The notes under the pieces are model-generated. The model had not been told where the DNA came from. It saw nothing but the letters and a program-made list of their open reading frames with translations, and made no database searches. A DNA stretch of 64,000 bases. Source: Diadema antillarum (Eukaryota). The stretch spans positions 1,302,001-1,366,000 of the forward strand of contig NW_027271778.1 of assembly GCF_040938485.1 (NCBI RefSeq), given 5' to 3'. Of this stretch, positions 61,937 to 64,000 are shown piece after piece. The position numbers and the translations under genes were made by a program. The first letter of the stretch is position 1. Every line of letters begins with the position of its first letter.

Positions 61937-63499
61937 GCCGAAGGCTCCACCACGCAGCTACAAACCTCCATTATAACATGTAAACAAATGTATGGGACTA
62001 CACAGACTGGAATTTACCGCTGGTTCTCTTACCTGAGGTATTTTGGGCACTTCTCCCGGCATTTTGGAGTATACTTTGAAGTTCAGTGAGATGATATAAG
62101 GGAATCAGTTGGCAAGAGGAAAATTTTCTCAAAAATGTGCAAGAAAACAGAAAAATAACGGAATTGTATCACACCCGACGACTTCGAGCGAGTGGGACGA
62201 CAGTTCCACTATGAAAACTTCCGGTGGTAGCCAAGCAATATTGCATTGTGGGATCGAGATGTGTTGATGTCGTCTGCTACATTCTCTAGCTGTGAGTGGC
62301 CGATGGCTGGGCAAAGATTTGTTTTATTCTCTTTACAACTTTTTATATATGTCTTTTCAATCTCAGTTGAGCTTGAAATAAACAGATTTATGAGATTATG
62401 ATTATCATGGCAACTAAGTATGGATCAAACAAATGTGCACACTGTAATTTTGTTCGAAAATTAATTACAAATCAATTGTCTTACTCTGTGAGAGGGCTGT
62501 TTGTTCTGTATTTGTGGGGTTTGTCAATAGTGTGCTGAAGAAAAAAGAAAGTTAGCAAGAAAGCTAGCCATATATTAGTGAATATATATCACTCAAGTCA
62601 ATGGATCAACATGCAATACTGAGGAGGAGCAGACTGGTCATTTCTTTCTTTCTTAATTTCTTTCTTTAAATCACTGTTGAATCTACAGCAAGTGAAAGTT
62701 GCTTGGATATGATTTAGTGCTGGTAGATTAAGAGCGTGAGAAAATCCCAAGCCAGCTCGGTGTTGGAACTAAAGGGTGGCGAGGCTACTGCATATAATAT
62801 CTAAATAGAACGCCACTACATAGACCAATTCAGCTGTTTGTTGGATTTGGCCAAGTTTACATTACATATATATGTCATATCACTGTGATATAAGCATTTA
62901 CAAATATTTTCTTTTTTTTCAGTTCAATTCAACCAATACTATTATTTTCTTTAATACATCAAGTCATTGCGATCAAAATTTTAAATGCAATAACGCTAAT
63001 TTAAATATAGGCCTACACATTGAAGGAGGTGTGGCACCTATTGAAACAAATTCAAACAAAACACAACTTAATGAAATGAAAAATGATATGGCCTATGCCA
63101 TTGTAACAGCGTGCAGGGAAGGGGAAGAGAAGACTGTAAAAACTGATGAAGAACGACTCGTTGGTGATGAAGGGATGTGACTTGAACGGGGGGGGGGGGG
63201 GGGGATGGATTTGCGGAGATGATGGAGGGGGAGGTTCCCATTTTGTTGTTATTGTTGTTGCGCAGTGTTATGTCACGCTGTGTTATGTATGGTGTACAAA
63301 GCAAAGGGGTTGTACCAAAATGGGTTGTACGCTCTTCGGTACAAAGAGCGCAGAAACCTACGCTCTCTGTGATGTGGATGTAAACAGCGCGCAACCTTAC
63401 TGTAGAAGCTAACCTGATTTAGCAGTGCAGTCAGCGTAAGTCTCGTCCCCAACAAATGAACGAAGAGATGCATCTGTCAGAAATTATAGTATCTAAGAG

Positions 63500-63806
63500 C
63501 TAAATCAAGATGTATTTCGGGACATGTGTCGTCCTTTCTGGCTCGCCGTGTAGATTGTCAAGGTGCATTCGTCCGAGATTTGAGAGTTCTGCAGCACGTT
63601 TTGTGGTGCATGATGCACCTGACAGAAAAACGCAAGAGCGAGCGGAAGAAACCCACCGTCGCGGTCGGGGCGCTGACGGCCAATCACACCCTACGTTTCG
63701 CAGGGCTCAGTGTGGAAATTTCTTTCAGAGTAAACCCCAAATAGGAAACGTCTTTTCACAGGACTTGCCACTTCGCTCTTATCTGCGACGTCTACTTCCA
63801 GCTGAG
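63500..63806 (+). promoter_or_regulatory. CpG patch with GC-box/CCAAT: probable promoter and first exon of a gene continuing beyond the window
   Basis: GGGGCG at ~63667, CCAAT at 63680-63684, donor-like GAG|GTACAT at 63806; no downstream exon is visible in the window. Confidence 0.3.
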
Positions 63807-64000
63807 GTACATTCACATTTGATTAATTTCAATTGTTATGTAGGCCTATGTAGACTTCTACTTTTTTTTTTTTTCAAAGAAAGCAACGGTCTTTATTTAA
63901 AGTTTATAATTTGTAAGTAAATTTATTTGAGTTGAATGACATGAGAGTGAACTGATCGACAACAGCCACTACAAAAATTCTTGTAAAATTACAACAGACC

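Noticed and set aside
63510-63920. 136-aa ORF near the window end
   Set aside because: GC-rich promoter-like DNA yields long chance frames; no domain recognised.

Overview
Eukaryotic, AT-rich, intron-containing genomic DNA. It is probably from a marine invertebrate deuterostome such as an echinoderm; this is an inference from protein similarity and repeat style. Four spliced protein-coding genes could be reconstructed exon by exon with consistent phases: a WSC-less WSCD-family (sialate O-sulfotransferase-like) sulfotransferase (+, 5.9-10.9 kb), ARPC3 (+, 23.5-28.7 kb), RAD51C (+, 32.7-42.9 kb) and CFAP119/CCDC189 (-, 45.9-60.6 kb). An intact tRNA-Ala(UGC) lies head-to-head with RAD51C. The rest is intron or intergenic DNA crowded with transposon relics: three decayed LINE pieces, many MITEs with different target-site duplication (TSD) lengths (2, 4, 5, 6, 7 and 9 bp), and Helentron-associated HINE/DINE-1-like elements, one carrying four perfect RFX X-boxes. 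Two large non-autonomous terminal-inverted-repeat (TIR) elements fill CFAP119 introns: 5.3 kb with nine copies of a 14-bp motif, and 3.1 kb with a ~190-bp satellite. There is one 139-nt N gap. Most ORFs in the supplied track are spurious. I found no clear-cut new multi-gene system; the best leads are the unusual TIR elements, the transposon-borne RFX array, the WSC-less sulfotransferase and a duplicated promoter/first-exon-like module at 18-21 kb.
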